The position numbers were made by a program, and so were the translations under genes. The notes under the pieces were generated by a model. The model was not told the origin of the DNA, ran no database searches, and was given only the letters and a program-made list of their open reading frames with translations. This document shows positions 1 through 11,284 of a stretch of 64,000 nt of DNA, one piece after another (positions within the stretch are counted from its first letter, which is position 1; the number at the start of each line of letters is the position of its first letter). The DNA is from Azolla caroliniana (lineage: Eukaryota; Plantae; Polypodiophyta): contig JBHGNT010000009.1 in the NCBI GenBank assembly GCA_043228905.1, forward strand, positions 13,950,001 through 14,014,000, given 5' to 3'.

Positions 1-3000
1 GAAAGTGGCTCCCCTGGTCACTAATAAGCTCAATCAGACAACTGAACCGGCACCAGATGTGCTCGTAAAGGAATCTGGCTGTGACGACTGCCGTATTTTC
101 ACGTAGTGCCTTTGCTTCTACCCATTTTGTGCAATAATCCATGGTTACCAATATGTATTTATTGCCCGTACGGGCTGCCGCCAGTGTGAAGGGCCCCACA
201 AAATCCAATCCCCACTTTTGGAAGGGGTCTAGCGGTAATACGGGCTGGTGTGGCATCCTTGCGCCCTCCGCGGGTTGTCCCATCCGTTGACACAAATCAC
301 ACTTTCTACAATACGCGGATGCGTCCTTCTGCGTTGTTGGCCACCATAGGCCTGCCTGCCATACTTTCCGGGCTGTAATGTCACCCGCGTAATGGCCACC
401 TGCCGTGGCGCAGTGTGCCTCTCGTAAAACTGCTTCCTTCTCATCCAGTCGTACCCCACGTCGCCAAATGCCGTCACTGCCTTTGTGATATAAAACACCT
501 TCGACGAGGTAGGAGTGAGGGCTTCGGATGGCTAGTCGTTTCTTCTCGTCCGTGCGTAATTGTGGTGGAGGCAGTCCCGTAGTCAAAAAGTACGTCATTT
601 CCATAAGCCACCGGTCCGAAAAGGTCGATTTTGTTTCTTTCTGCTAGTGTCGCTACCTGCAAGATATCGGCTTCCGGAAAATCGTCGTCATCTTTCTGTA
701 TTGTTTCTCCATTCTCGAGTTTGCTCAAAAAATCTGCCATTGCGTGTTGCGTCCCTAGTCAGTGTTGGATTACGAAATCGAATTCCTGGAGCAGCAGCAT
801 CCACCATGCCAATTTCCCTGTCAGGGCTTGTTTCTCCACCAAATATAGTAGCGCCGAATGATCCACGTGGAACGTGAATTTCCTTCCTAATAAATAGTGC
901 CGGAATTTATTGATGCTATAGATCATCCCTAGCCCCTCCCGCTCCGTTGTGGAGTAGTTACGCTCTGTTGTTGATAATTTGCGACTAGTGTAGTATATTG
1001 GCCGGTACCAGCTTGGTTCGGTGAGCTGCATTAGTGCACTTCCTATTGCTATGTCTGAGGCGTCGACGAACACGTGGAATGGCTTCCCCCAAACTGGTGG
1101 TTGTACGACGGGAGCCTGTGTGAGCATTATCTTAAGTGCCTCGTAGGCCTTATCCTCCGTTGCAGTCCATTGGAAAGGAGTCTGATGTACTGTAGCGTGT
1201 AACGGCGTGGCGAAGTCTGCCAAATACCGTATCATCCGACTATGCCATCGTATTTGTCCCAAAAACCGGTTGAGTGATTTGGCGTTTGTCGGAGTGTTGG
1301 CTTGCGTAATCGCAGAGATTTTGTTCAGGTCAACCGCTATTCCCTCCTTGCTGACTATATGGCCCAGGAGAGTCACACTGGTCACGCCAAAAGCACATTT
1401 CGCGATATTCAAGCTTAAGCGTGTGGTGGGGCAATGTTCCAGGCACAGTTGTAAGTGTAAAAAATAGTCTATTGTTCTCCCATATACCGCAAAGTCATCT
1501 AAAAAAACTTGCATGAACCCCGGAATGTATTCCCCAAAGATCTCTGTAATATTCCGTTGAAATGTTGTCGGCGCCGTCTTTAGCCCGAACATCATGACGA
1601 CTGCCACATATACTCCCTAGTCCATGACAAATGTCGTCTTTTCTTGGTCCTCGGGATGCATGCGTACCTGGTTATAGCCACTGAAGCCATCTAAAAAATT
1701 GTACATCTCATGGCCTGCGACGGCGTCCAATACGCTATCCGTGAAGGGTAAGGGAAATGCGTCTGTAATGGTGACGGCGTTTAATTTTCGGTAATCTACG
1801 CATACCCGTATTTTGCCGTTTTTCTTTGGAACGACCACTATCGGGCTTAACCATCTCGCTTGTTTAACTGGTCGTATGAACCCCGCCTTCAGGAGCTTGT
1901 CAATTTCTTCTTTCACGCGGGTCACGTAGTTCGGGTTCATGCGGTAGCGGCGCTGCTAAACGGGTTTCGCGTCGGTTGCTAAATTGATCTTATGCTGATA
2001 GAACTTGGGATCTAACCCCTTCATGTCCTCGTGAGCCCAAGCGAACACATCCTTATATTCCGTGAGTAGTGCGATCATCTTGTTTCGTTGGTCCGGCCTT
2101 AATTCCTTTGCGATGGAGAGGAAACGAGGCTCCGATTTCGTACCCATATTTACTTCTTCGAGGACGGAAGCGGTGACTCGTCGTGAAATCTCCATTTCCT
2201 TTTCAAATGCCGCTCGTGCTCTGCTGAGTTCCAATACGGACTTTGGGTTTGGTTCGTAAGGCTCGTCGTGGAGAACAGTGGCCGTGGCGTATTCTGCCGC
2301 GGTTGCGATGACATCTATTTCAAACAACGGAATAATCCGAGGGTGCTCGTCGAGGTATGCCTCTAATTCTGCATCCTCCACCCCAGCCAACATATTTATA
2401 TCTTCTGCGTATAATGGTGTTATACCCTTCGGTTGTGGCGTGCTTCCTTCCGTAGGTACGCGAACCTTAGTGCGTCTATGTCGGAAACTAATACACTTGT
2501 GTTGCCAGCTCTGCTTGATATTTGTTGCCCGAAGCCATGGTCTGCGTAGAAGCACTAGGTACGCCCCTGGGGCGTCCAAGGCGAGGACGACCGTCGAGAT
2601 GTCGAATTGGTGTCCGCCCACGATAATGCCTATTTTGTGAATTAACCCTAATGGTCGTACTGAGCGAGTATCTGCCATTCGGAGCCAGAATGGGCAAGCC
2701 TCCCATTCTGAAATGCCTAACTGCTCGCAAGTTTTTGCGCTAATTACATTGAAGCCTGAGCCGCAGTCGATTACGCATCCAGGAATTTCCTGTCCATGTA
2801 ATATTAATGTAATAGCCGGGTTGTGCTGATCCACTACCGGCGGTCCACTACTAACGTCTATAAGGTTTGTAGCGATACTCACCCCGGGTATACCTGTCAC
2901 CTGTTCTTCCATGGTTTGGCGGAAGCGTGGGACTAGCTGCAGCAGTTTCTCCATGGTTAACGTTATCTCACAGCCCGCTAACGCCTGCCAAATGGGGTCT

Positions 3001-3023
3001 GGGATCGGTCTTTCGTCCTCTGC
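1..3023 (-). mobile_element. Ty3/Gypsy pol fragment (protease-RT-RNase H-integrase), non-chromovirus Athila/Tat-like, degenerate
   Basis: ORFs 1956-2954 (VIDCGSGFNV protease), 1617-1940 (KKNGKIRVCVDYRKLN, LDGFSGYNQ), 759-1607 (FLDD; DASDIAIGS RNase H); integrase remnants run to the window start; in-frame stops. Confidence 0.92.
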
Positions 3024-4584
3024 TCACTCCATTGTGTTCGCGGACTCCTTCCACATAAGTTCCGTATTTATAGGAGAACAAATTGCCGGAGTAGTCGGAT
3101 GCATAGAGGCGGAGGAAAGAGCGCAAACGTAACGGTTGCTTGTCACAACGGATGAACTGGAGACGGCCCGGTCAAGGATCCGGTGCCTCGAACAAGACTT
3201 GGATCGGATTACCAAAGACATGGCCAAAATGGCCCTAACCGCGACGCAGATCCAAGCACTAGTGACTCCGGTTGATGTAAAGAGGAATAAGACCCCGGAG
3301 ACACAAACTGTCCCGGAGAAAGATGCGGCGCAAGCCCAAGAGCTTGCGGAATTACGAGATGAACTTGCCACACAAGAAGCATTACGGAGCCGCAAACGCG
3401 ACTTGAAGAAGGCGGCCGAAGAAGAATTAAAAAGGACCGCTGAGAACCTCCGTCAGGCAGAGGAAAACCTGCGTAGAGGACATCATGCTTACGATCAGCT
3501 GAAGGAGGAAAAAGAGAAATTGCTGCAGGAAAAAGACAAGCTGCGACGGATGGCGGAGACAGAAATCGAGAGGCTGAAGGAAGAACTCCGTCAATAGAAG
3601 GACCGGGAGGACTGCGCGCGCCAGCAAATCAACCAGAGGTTGAAGCAGAAGACCGATGATTTTGATCATCTGCATCGGGACTACAAGCCGCTAGAGACAG
3701 AGTATAAGCAACAACAGGAACGGATGGCCGAGCTCCGGCAAGAAGTTGATAGGGCCACAGCGGCACTCGTCGAAGAACGAGCTGAGAGTTCCAAGCTATT
3801 GGAGGAAGCGGCGAATGACCGGATGGAGCTCCACAAATAGAACAATGAAGACGAGGAAAGAGCGACAATGGTATTACAGAGGTTGCAAACAACCTATCAA
3901 AATCAAATGTCGCATTATAGGGAGCAGGAGACGGACACGGTCCGAATCATCAAGCAATTGAAAGAGGAGCGACAAGCCGCAGAAAATAAATCACAGATGG
4001 GAGCCGAACGGATCTAGTGCATCCTCCGATCATGGCTCACTAAGACCAAAAGCTTGATTGACGACAGCTCTGTGCGTTGATGGGCGAAATGGGCGCAGAA
4101 TACGGCGGAACTTCAATTGATTAGGGAGGACGTAGAAAACCGGCGGAAGAAGGGCGACGACTGTTATACGCTGACCTCAGAGGACTTCACCGCCATAAGG
4201 GATGAGCTGCCCAAAGATTTCACAGCCCTGGCGGATGAACAATTGGTGCAGGTCCGGCAGCTCGTAGCTCAACTGGACGACGATCGGCTGGAGGCTCAAA
4301 TCCAGTTCGAAAGCTATGAGCGGTCTCGACTGCGGGAAGAAAAAGCGAGAAAGGCGGCAACGGTCAACCTTAGTGATGAGGAACCGTCGCCGGTGCAAGG
4401 ACCAGACAGGGACCAGGCCGGGGTCAGTCAGCCAGTGACAACTTCGACAGAGGAACCAACGAAGGAAACGCCGGTGCCAGAGCAACAAACGGAGCCGTAG
4501 CCCCAAACGGAGAAGGCACAAACAGAGCAGCCATAGCCACAAACGGAACAGCAGCCACAGCAGCACCAACAGATTCCCGAATAA
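3024..4584 (+). pseudogene. Retroelement extra ORF: long coiled coil, conserved unknown domain and Q/E/P-rich tail, broken by in-frame stops
   Basis: ORFs 3136-3597, 3640-3840 and 4117-4500 share one frame and are separated by TAA/TAG/TGA; E/K/R/Q/L coiled-coil composition; homologous to 40958-42914. Confidence 0.75.
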
Positions 4585-4642
4585 ACTATTCCTTTCACAC
4601 TCTGGTTTGGACCTCCTTAAGCCTTCTTGCCGGCCGGTAACA
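4567..4642 (-). repeat. LTR terminal fragment (~75 bp) related to the LTR end at 10270-10348
   Basis: ttcacactctggtttggac...tgccggccggtaaca aligns with ttcacactctggtctggac...tgccggtcgggtaaca; it abuts and cuts the integrase ([10 protein letters not shown]) of the next element. Confidence 0.7.
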
Positions 4643-7600
4643 CCTCCAATCCGAATGCTAGCCGGAACGGTGTGGTTTGGATGCTTGTTTTGTAAGTTGT
4701 CCGGTAAGCCCAGAGTGCGTTGTGCAACTTCGTATCCCAGTTTGTCCGGTTTTCGTTGACGATTTTCCGAAGGATATTCTATAGCATTTTGTTCGTCGAC
4801 TCGGCTAACCCGTTTGCTTGCGGATAGTATGGCATGCTCCGTTATGCACCACGGCATAGAACGACGTCAAGCTTTCCACCACTTGGCCGAGGAAGTGCCC
4901 TCCTTGGTCACTTATTAGCTCGATCGGGCATCCATACCTGCACCAGATGTATTCATACAAGAATTTCGTCGTCGACGCCGCGGTGTTGTTGCACAAGGCT
5001 TTGGCTTCTACCCATTTCGTGCAGTAATCCGTAGCTACGATCACATACCGGTTGCCGTTTCTCATTGCCGGTTGTTTGAATGGACCCACAAAATCCAGCC
5101 CCCATTTCTAAAATGGTTCTAACGGCAGTATCGGCTGGTGCGGCATCCTAGCTTGTTCGGTTGGCTGGCCCATTCACTAACATAGATCGCATTCTTTAGC
5201 ATACCGGACCGCGTCTTTCATTGTTGTCGGCCACCTTAGGCCACTCTGCCATATCTTCCTTGTCGTAGCATCTCCGGCGTAATGGCCTCCGGCGACTCCG
5301 CAGTGTGCTTCTCATAGTATTATATCCTTTTCGTCACTACGCACCGCTCGTCGCCATATACCATCCGCGCCTTTGTGGTATAGCGTGTCCCGTACTAAAT
5401 AGAAGTGCCGAGTTGTACTGCCAGGCGTTTCCTCTCATCCCGATTCATCTCCTCCAGAGGCAATCTGGTGCTCAGAAATTGTTGCATATTCGTTAGCCAC
5501 TTATCTTCTTGTGCCACCGTTTCATCTGTTGCCATTTCCGCGATGACTCGAAATAGCTTAGCATCCGGAAACTCGTCCGAGACTCCGTCACCAGTCTCGC
5601 CAGAATCTAACCGGCTCAAATAGTCTGCTACCGCGTGTTGTATGTTGGGTCGGTGGAATATTTTGAACTCAAATTCCTGCAACAGTAACGTCCACCGTGC
5701 CAACTTACCGGTTAGTGACGCTTTGGAAACTAAATAGAGGAGTGCTGAATGATCTACGTGGAAGGAAAATTTCCTTCCCAACAAATAATGTCTGAATTTT
5801 GTCACGTTGTAGGTCATGCCCAAAGCTTCCCTTTCCATGGTGGAATAATTTCGTTCAGCTTGGGATAACTTTCGGCTTGCGTAATACACGGGCCGGTACC
5901 ACCTTGGCTCCGTAAGTTGCATCAGCGCACTTCCGATTGCAATGTCCGACGCATCCACGAACACATGAAACTCCTTAGCCCAATCCGGGGGTTGCACTAC
6001 CGGCGCTTGCGACAATAGTACTTTGAGTGCCTGGTATGCCTTGTCTTCGGTGTCGGTCCACTGGAACAGTGTTCGGTGTACCACAGCATGCAACGGTGTA
6101 GCTAGGTCCGCCAGATACCGGAGCATTTGGCTATGCCACCGGATTTGGCCTAAGAAACGGCTTAATGCTTTGGCCGTTGGTGGTGCCGGTGTCTCCAAGA
6201 TTGCTTTTACTTTGTCCAGGTCCATAGCAATTCCTTCATTGCTCACAATGTGTCCTAATAGCGCCCCGCTTGACACTCCGAATACACATTTTGCCGGATT
6301 CAAGCTTAGCCGGTAAGCCCGACATTTCTCTAGACACAGTCGAAGGTGCTGGAAGTGATCTCCTTCCCGGCTATAGTCGGCGAAGTCATGTAGAAACACC
6401 TGCATGAATGCCGGTATGAATTCTCCAAATGTTTCCATGATGATCCTCTGGAACGTTGCCGGCGCCATTTTTAGTTCGAACATCATTACTACAGCAACAA
6501 ACACTCCCCATTCGGTGACGAAAGCCGTTTTCTCCTGGTCATCGGGGTGCCTCCGAATCTGGTTGTATCCGCTGAATCCGTCTAAGAAATTGTATACCTC
6601 ATGGCCGGCGACTGCCTCCAAAACTCCATCCATAAATGGGAGTGGGAATGCATCTATTACCATCGTCGCGTTAAGCTTACGGTAGTCGACACAAACTCTA
6701 ATTTTGCCGTTTTTCTTTGGTACGACTACTATCGGGCTCAGCCATGTAGATTTCTTTACTGGGCAGATAAAGTCAACCCTCAGCAACTTGTTGATTTCCT
6801 CCTTGACTTTGGCGGCGTAATTTGGATTCATCCAGTACCGCCGTTGTGCTACCGGTTTGGCGTCTTTGCTCAAATGTATCTGATGCTGATATAGTTGAGG
6901 ATCGAGCCCTCACATATCCTCGTAAGACCAGGCAAACACGTCCCGAAATTCTTTGAGAAGTGTAATCATCGTCGTTTTGTTCTCCGGAGTCATTTCCTTG
7001 GCGATGTGCACCGGTCTCGCCTCTTCCGTAGTTCCTAGATTTACCTCCTCTAGTTGGGATGCTTTAACCCGTTGCGATACGGCCAGTTTCTCTTTCCAGC
7101 ACCTCCTATGCTTGCTGTAGCTCCCGGATCACTTCTTTATTTGGTTCCTCGTTGGCTCCGTCTGGTGGCAGTATGTATGGTGATACGACTTCGGCTACGT
7201 CGATTTCGAACAGAGGTACGATCTTCGGATTATCCTGCAAGTATTGATCTACCTCTTCGTCTGCTAATCCTTCCAACATATTGACGCATTCGGCATATAG
7301 GGGTGTCAATTCCTTCCCGGTACCCGTCTGTGGTTGTATCGATACCCATACTTTTGCTTTTCCCCGCCGGAAGGTGATTATATTCTTCCTCCAGTTTTGT
7401 TTAATGTACGCCATTTTCAACCACGGCCGCCCCAACAATAGTGGGTAAACTCCTTGTGCCTATAGTTGTAGCACTACTGCCGAGATGCGAAATGTGTGGC
7501 CATTGATCGTTACTTCCAAATCTCGTATCAAGCCGGTCGGTCGCACTGAGCTTGTATCCACCATCCACAGCCAGAACGGGCATGGTTCCCACTCTTGGAT

Positions 7601-9871
7601 TCCCAAGGTTTTGCACGTTCAGAGGCTAATCACATTGACGCCAGATCCTCCATCTATTACTGTTCCGGGTAACTCCTTTCCCTTCACGATGGCTGTGATC
7701 GCCGGACTGTTTGTGTCTACTACCGCCAGTCCCTCCTCCAGATTTGAGAAGAATGTTGGAGTCGATAGTGTTTCTCCTGTCGTCATGCCTGTCTTGAGTC
7801 CTTCTGTGAATCTGGGCACTAGCTGCAAGAGCCGTCCTAATGGCAATGTGATTTGGCATTCCTGCAATGTTTGCGATGTCGCATTTTCGGGCTGACTGCC
7901 GTCGGCGAGCTCTTCGGTATTTTACTTTTGCTGCGCAAGCTCTATCATGTTTCGCGCATTCGCCTTTTTTACCCATTCCGTTGCCTGCTTGCGGATGGCC
8001 TCTTGCGCCTCCCATTCCGTCGCCTTACCCTTTGATTTTGTGGTTACCTGCTGCAGGTCTACGACTTCGGCGACTACCATGTTCACCGCCGGTCGTTTAT
8101 CATAGCTCTTTGCCGGGCATTGATTACTATAATGTCCTTCTTGTCGTCAATAGTAGCAATATGCTTTCCGGGTAGTGCTGGATTCGGCGTTGTTTCCTGC
8201 CCCCGGTGGAGGACCTGTGGTAACGGCGGGGCTTTGATCCGGTTGGCTACTTGAGGCGCCCTTCTCCAGTTCCCGTAGGTGATCCCTTTTCTTGAAATGG
8301 CGTTTCTTTTTGTTCCGATACTCTTGACGGGGCTGGTCATCATGTCTGTCGTAGGCTTCCCGTCGTTGGTTCTAACCGGGGGATTGGTCCCGATTGTATC
8401 TTTCATACCGTCCATTATAATCCCGGTACCGATCATATCTGTCATACTAGTCAGGGTTGTCCCTGTACCGGACATCCTGTGCCGGTCGGTATCGCGCTTC
8501 TCACCTCCAACATTCTTCTTCCTCCTCCTTGGTATTCCGTGGTTCGATTTGCCGAACCGGTGGTGCTTGGCGATTCAACAAATTGTACTCGCACTGCTCC
8601 ATTGTGTGGTTCCTGGAATGACACAGTAGACATTGCGACCACATGGTACATTCTAGTGCTGAGTGTCCAGCATTTAGGCATGTTGTGCATTGAATGGCCT
8701 GTCGAAACCGGAGATCCTCATCGGTTGGTAACACTCGTTGGAGTGCTCCCATTGTTAGCCAAGAGCTTGTTTTCTCCATTTCTCTAACCCGGTCAATGAC
8801 CTAGTCGACGGTACTTATGCGAAAGTCGATGACCGTGCATACCGTACATAGAGGTTCCCGGAGCGCGGCTAAGAATATAGCCCGTGTTTCTTCCTCCAGA
8901 GGTGCTCGGGTAAGCTGACTGTGCATCCGTTGAAACCGGATGACAAACTACGGAATGCTCTCCCCAGGGTCCTGCCAGATGGTATAAAATAGGCCCACCA
9001 TTTCTCTCTGGTCCACCTCCTTCTGAAAGAAGTGCAAGAATTTAGCTTTCAAGTCCGCAAAGGTGGTGATGGTGCTGGGGTCTTGCGTCCAGTGCCATCT
9101 GGCGGTCGGCGGTTAACCGTTGTGACACATGGTTCGCCTCCCATGTTTGTTGAAAAGCGTGAACATGAGCCTCCGCGTCTGGGTCATCCCTATACTTGGG
9201 GTGTTGGAACGGCATATCATCATCCGGTGTTGGTGCGTGGGCTAGCGGTGTCAGTGGTCTTTCCTGCTCTTCCGTTGGCATCGGAGGTCATTGTTGGTCC
9301 TCTGTCGGAGTCGGAGGTCTTTGTTCCTCCTCCTTCGGTGTTGCCGGCTTCTCCTCCTCGACTTCCAGTGTCGGAGGTCTTTCTTTGTACTCTTCCGACT
9401 CCAGAGGTTGCTCCACGTCTAGTGCCAGAGGTTCCCGGTCTAACAATTCTGGTTCCAGTGTCGGTAATGTATCCGACTCCTCGTCCTCCGGTCCTCCTGG
9501 GGTGTCGTTACTATTGTGATAGGTTGTGTGCGCGCTGTAACCCCCTTCTAAATCTGATTCCAGCGCCGAAAATGCTTCGGATTTGCTGTCTCCTCCGGCC
9601 AAGGCTTGGAGAAGGGATTCTGCTTCCCGGAGACTACTTAAGCTGCTTCCTTCGTCCGGGTAGGTGTTTTGTTGCAGACGGAGTGACTCCTCCGCCACTT
9701 TCCAGATAACTTTAGAAAATGATCGATCCAGTCGGATTTCTTCCGCCGCTTGCTAGAAAGCCTCTCGCCGCCTTCGCCGTTCAGCAAGTCTTCTTGCTCT
9801 CTCCGTAACCGGGTCGTCCGTTGGCCTAGTCATCCATTCCCGCCGTTGTTCACTGCGATTGTGCAGGAATC

Positions 9872-9881
9872 GTGGTCGCCA
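9872..9881 (-). promoter_or_regulatory. PBS TGGCGACCAC (tRNA-Arg(UCG)-type)
   Basis: Lies just inside the 5' LTR; complementary to the recalled plant tRNA-Arg(TCG) end ...GTGGTCGCCA. Confidence 0.75.
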
Positions 9882-9888
9882 AAAATTG

Positions 9889-10348
9889 TGTTAATCCTTA
9901 GGGCCGGACAATAGCCTAACACAGGGTGTCCCCTTAAGACACTTCACCAAAGGGTGTTATGGCGAGATAACTTACGACACAACGCTTAATTGGACCTTAA
10001 TCGGTTACTTAGTAATACGTCATTAACACGCGTAAGATATACAATAAGCACAGAACGGTGAACAATACTCAATGATTAAACAAAAGGTTTATATTACTCT
10101 CCGTTGATGACTACATTGTAATCGGGCCTTTATATAGGTCACCGATGCGAAGTACAAAAAGGTGCCAACCGGCACCTATTCGGGATCGGTCCGGATCTGG
10201 ATCGGCATACCGATTCCGGTCCATCCGTCCACATCTTCTCATATATTAATATATTAAGACTAGTAATTACAACATATTCCCAAATAACAATTCCCCTTTT
10301 CACACTCTGGTCTGGACATCTTCTAGCCCTCTTGCCGGTCGGGTAACA
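9889..10348 (-). repeat. 5' LTR of the Gypsy element
   Basis: TGTT...GTAACA ends; minus-strand TATA (cctatataaagg) near 10126-10138; Copia sequence begins right after 10348. Confidence 0.75.
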
Positions 10349-11245
10349 GTTGACTACTTCCACCCATCATAGGTTACGAGCCGCTTCGGTAGAGCTCTTG
10401 GGCTCTTGTTCGGCCGCTACCTTCATCGCGAAGGCGTAATGATGGGCCATGTACTCCTTGTAGTCATGCCGAGTGACAGGGTTCTTAGCTCTAGATGAGC
10501 GTCGAAGTTTTTCGCTCACCGATGTGAGTGCCTTCTTTACTCCAGGTGTACACATGATGGGTACACCAAACTCACTGTCTAGTGAGGGAGCCGACACATC
10601 CGAATCACTATCGTCGAGGTGGTCGACTTCGTATTCGGGCATCTTACCTTTGCCTTTGTCCAAGTTCGTACTTGGCCACGATGTGCTTGGGTCGCGTGGG
10701 GGCTCTTGTGGCCCACTAGGCTTTGCCGTAATCAGACTTTCTTCGAACATTGTTGTATGTTTTAGGTTTAGGGTTAATGATGATAATGATAAAGATGGGA
10801 ATAGGGTTAACAATCATGGTAGATTGATAATGTATGTGTGGTGATGATGGTGAGAGATCATGAAGAACAAGACAAGCATTGAGGGGTGGGGGGTGGTGCC
10901 TAGAATGGCTCCACCCCCCTCCCAAGGGGGTTCAACGTAAGGGGGGAGAGAGAGAGAGAGAGAGAGAGAATGGTTATATCTTTCATTCATTCCCGATAAG
11001 GGGTTAAATAGTACAAGAGGGGGGTAGATACATAGGGGTGTAAGCCCCCTTGAGCATTCATACTGGACACTCACTCACACCTCCTTGTATCCATCCACAT
11101 GCACACACGTGTGCATGTGTTCACATATGTATAGACTCACAATTACATTTATGCTCCCTACACATACACAACAACATCATGATAACATTTGACCCTCGCT
11201 CATCACACTTGACTCTTCGTACATCTCGTACGGGGTAACACAATA

Positions 11246-11284
11246 TGGCACGCCGGTGGGAGAGTGCCTTACACGTCGAGCCCA
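11246..11284 (+). promoter_or_regulatory. tRNA-Arg(UCU)-like motif TGGCACGCCGGTGGGA next to the left LTR
   Basis: 5 nt inside the LTR; homologues at 40907 and 62464. Confidence 0.65.

Larger units (their letters stand above)
4643..10348 (-). mobile_element. Ty3/Gypsy element (Athila/Tat-like): 5' LTR, PBS, gag, protease, RT, RNase H, truncated integrase
   Basis: RT/RNase H 5395-6873, protease VIDGGSGVNV 7619-7867, integrase 4805-5089, gag with zinc knuckles ~8100-9830; many stops. Confidence 0.92.

Noticed and set aside
10275-10300. Apparent PPT implying tandem elements sharing an LTR
   Set aside because: Comparison with 4567-4642 and the Copia junction shows the LTR extends to 10348, so the tract is inside the LTR.
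10770-10786. Telomere-like TTTAGGG units (also near 24183 and 61405)
   Set aside because: Only 1-2 units inside LTRs; common telo-box-like motifs, not telomeric arrays.
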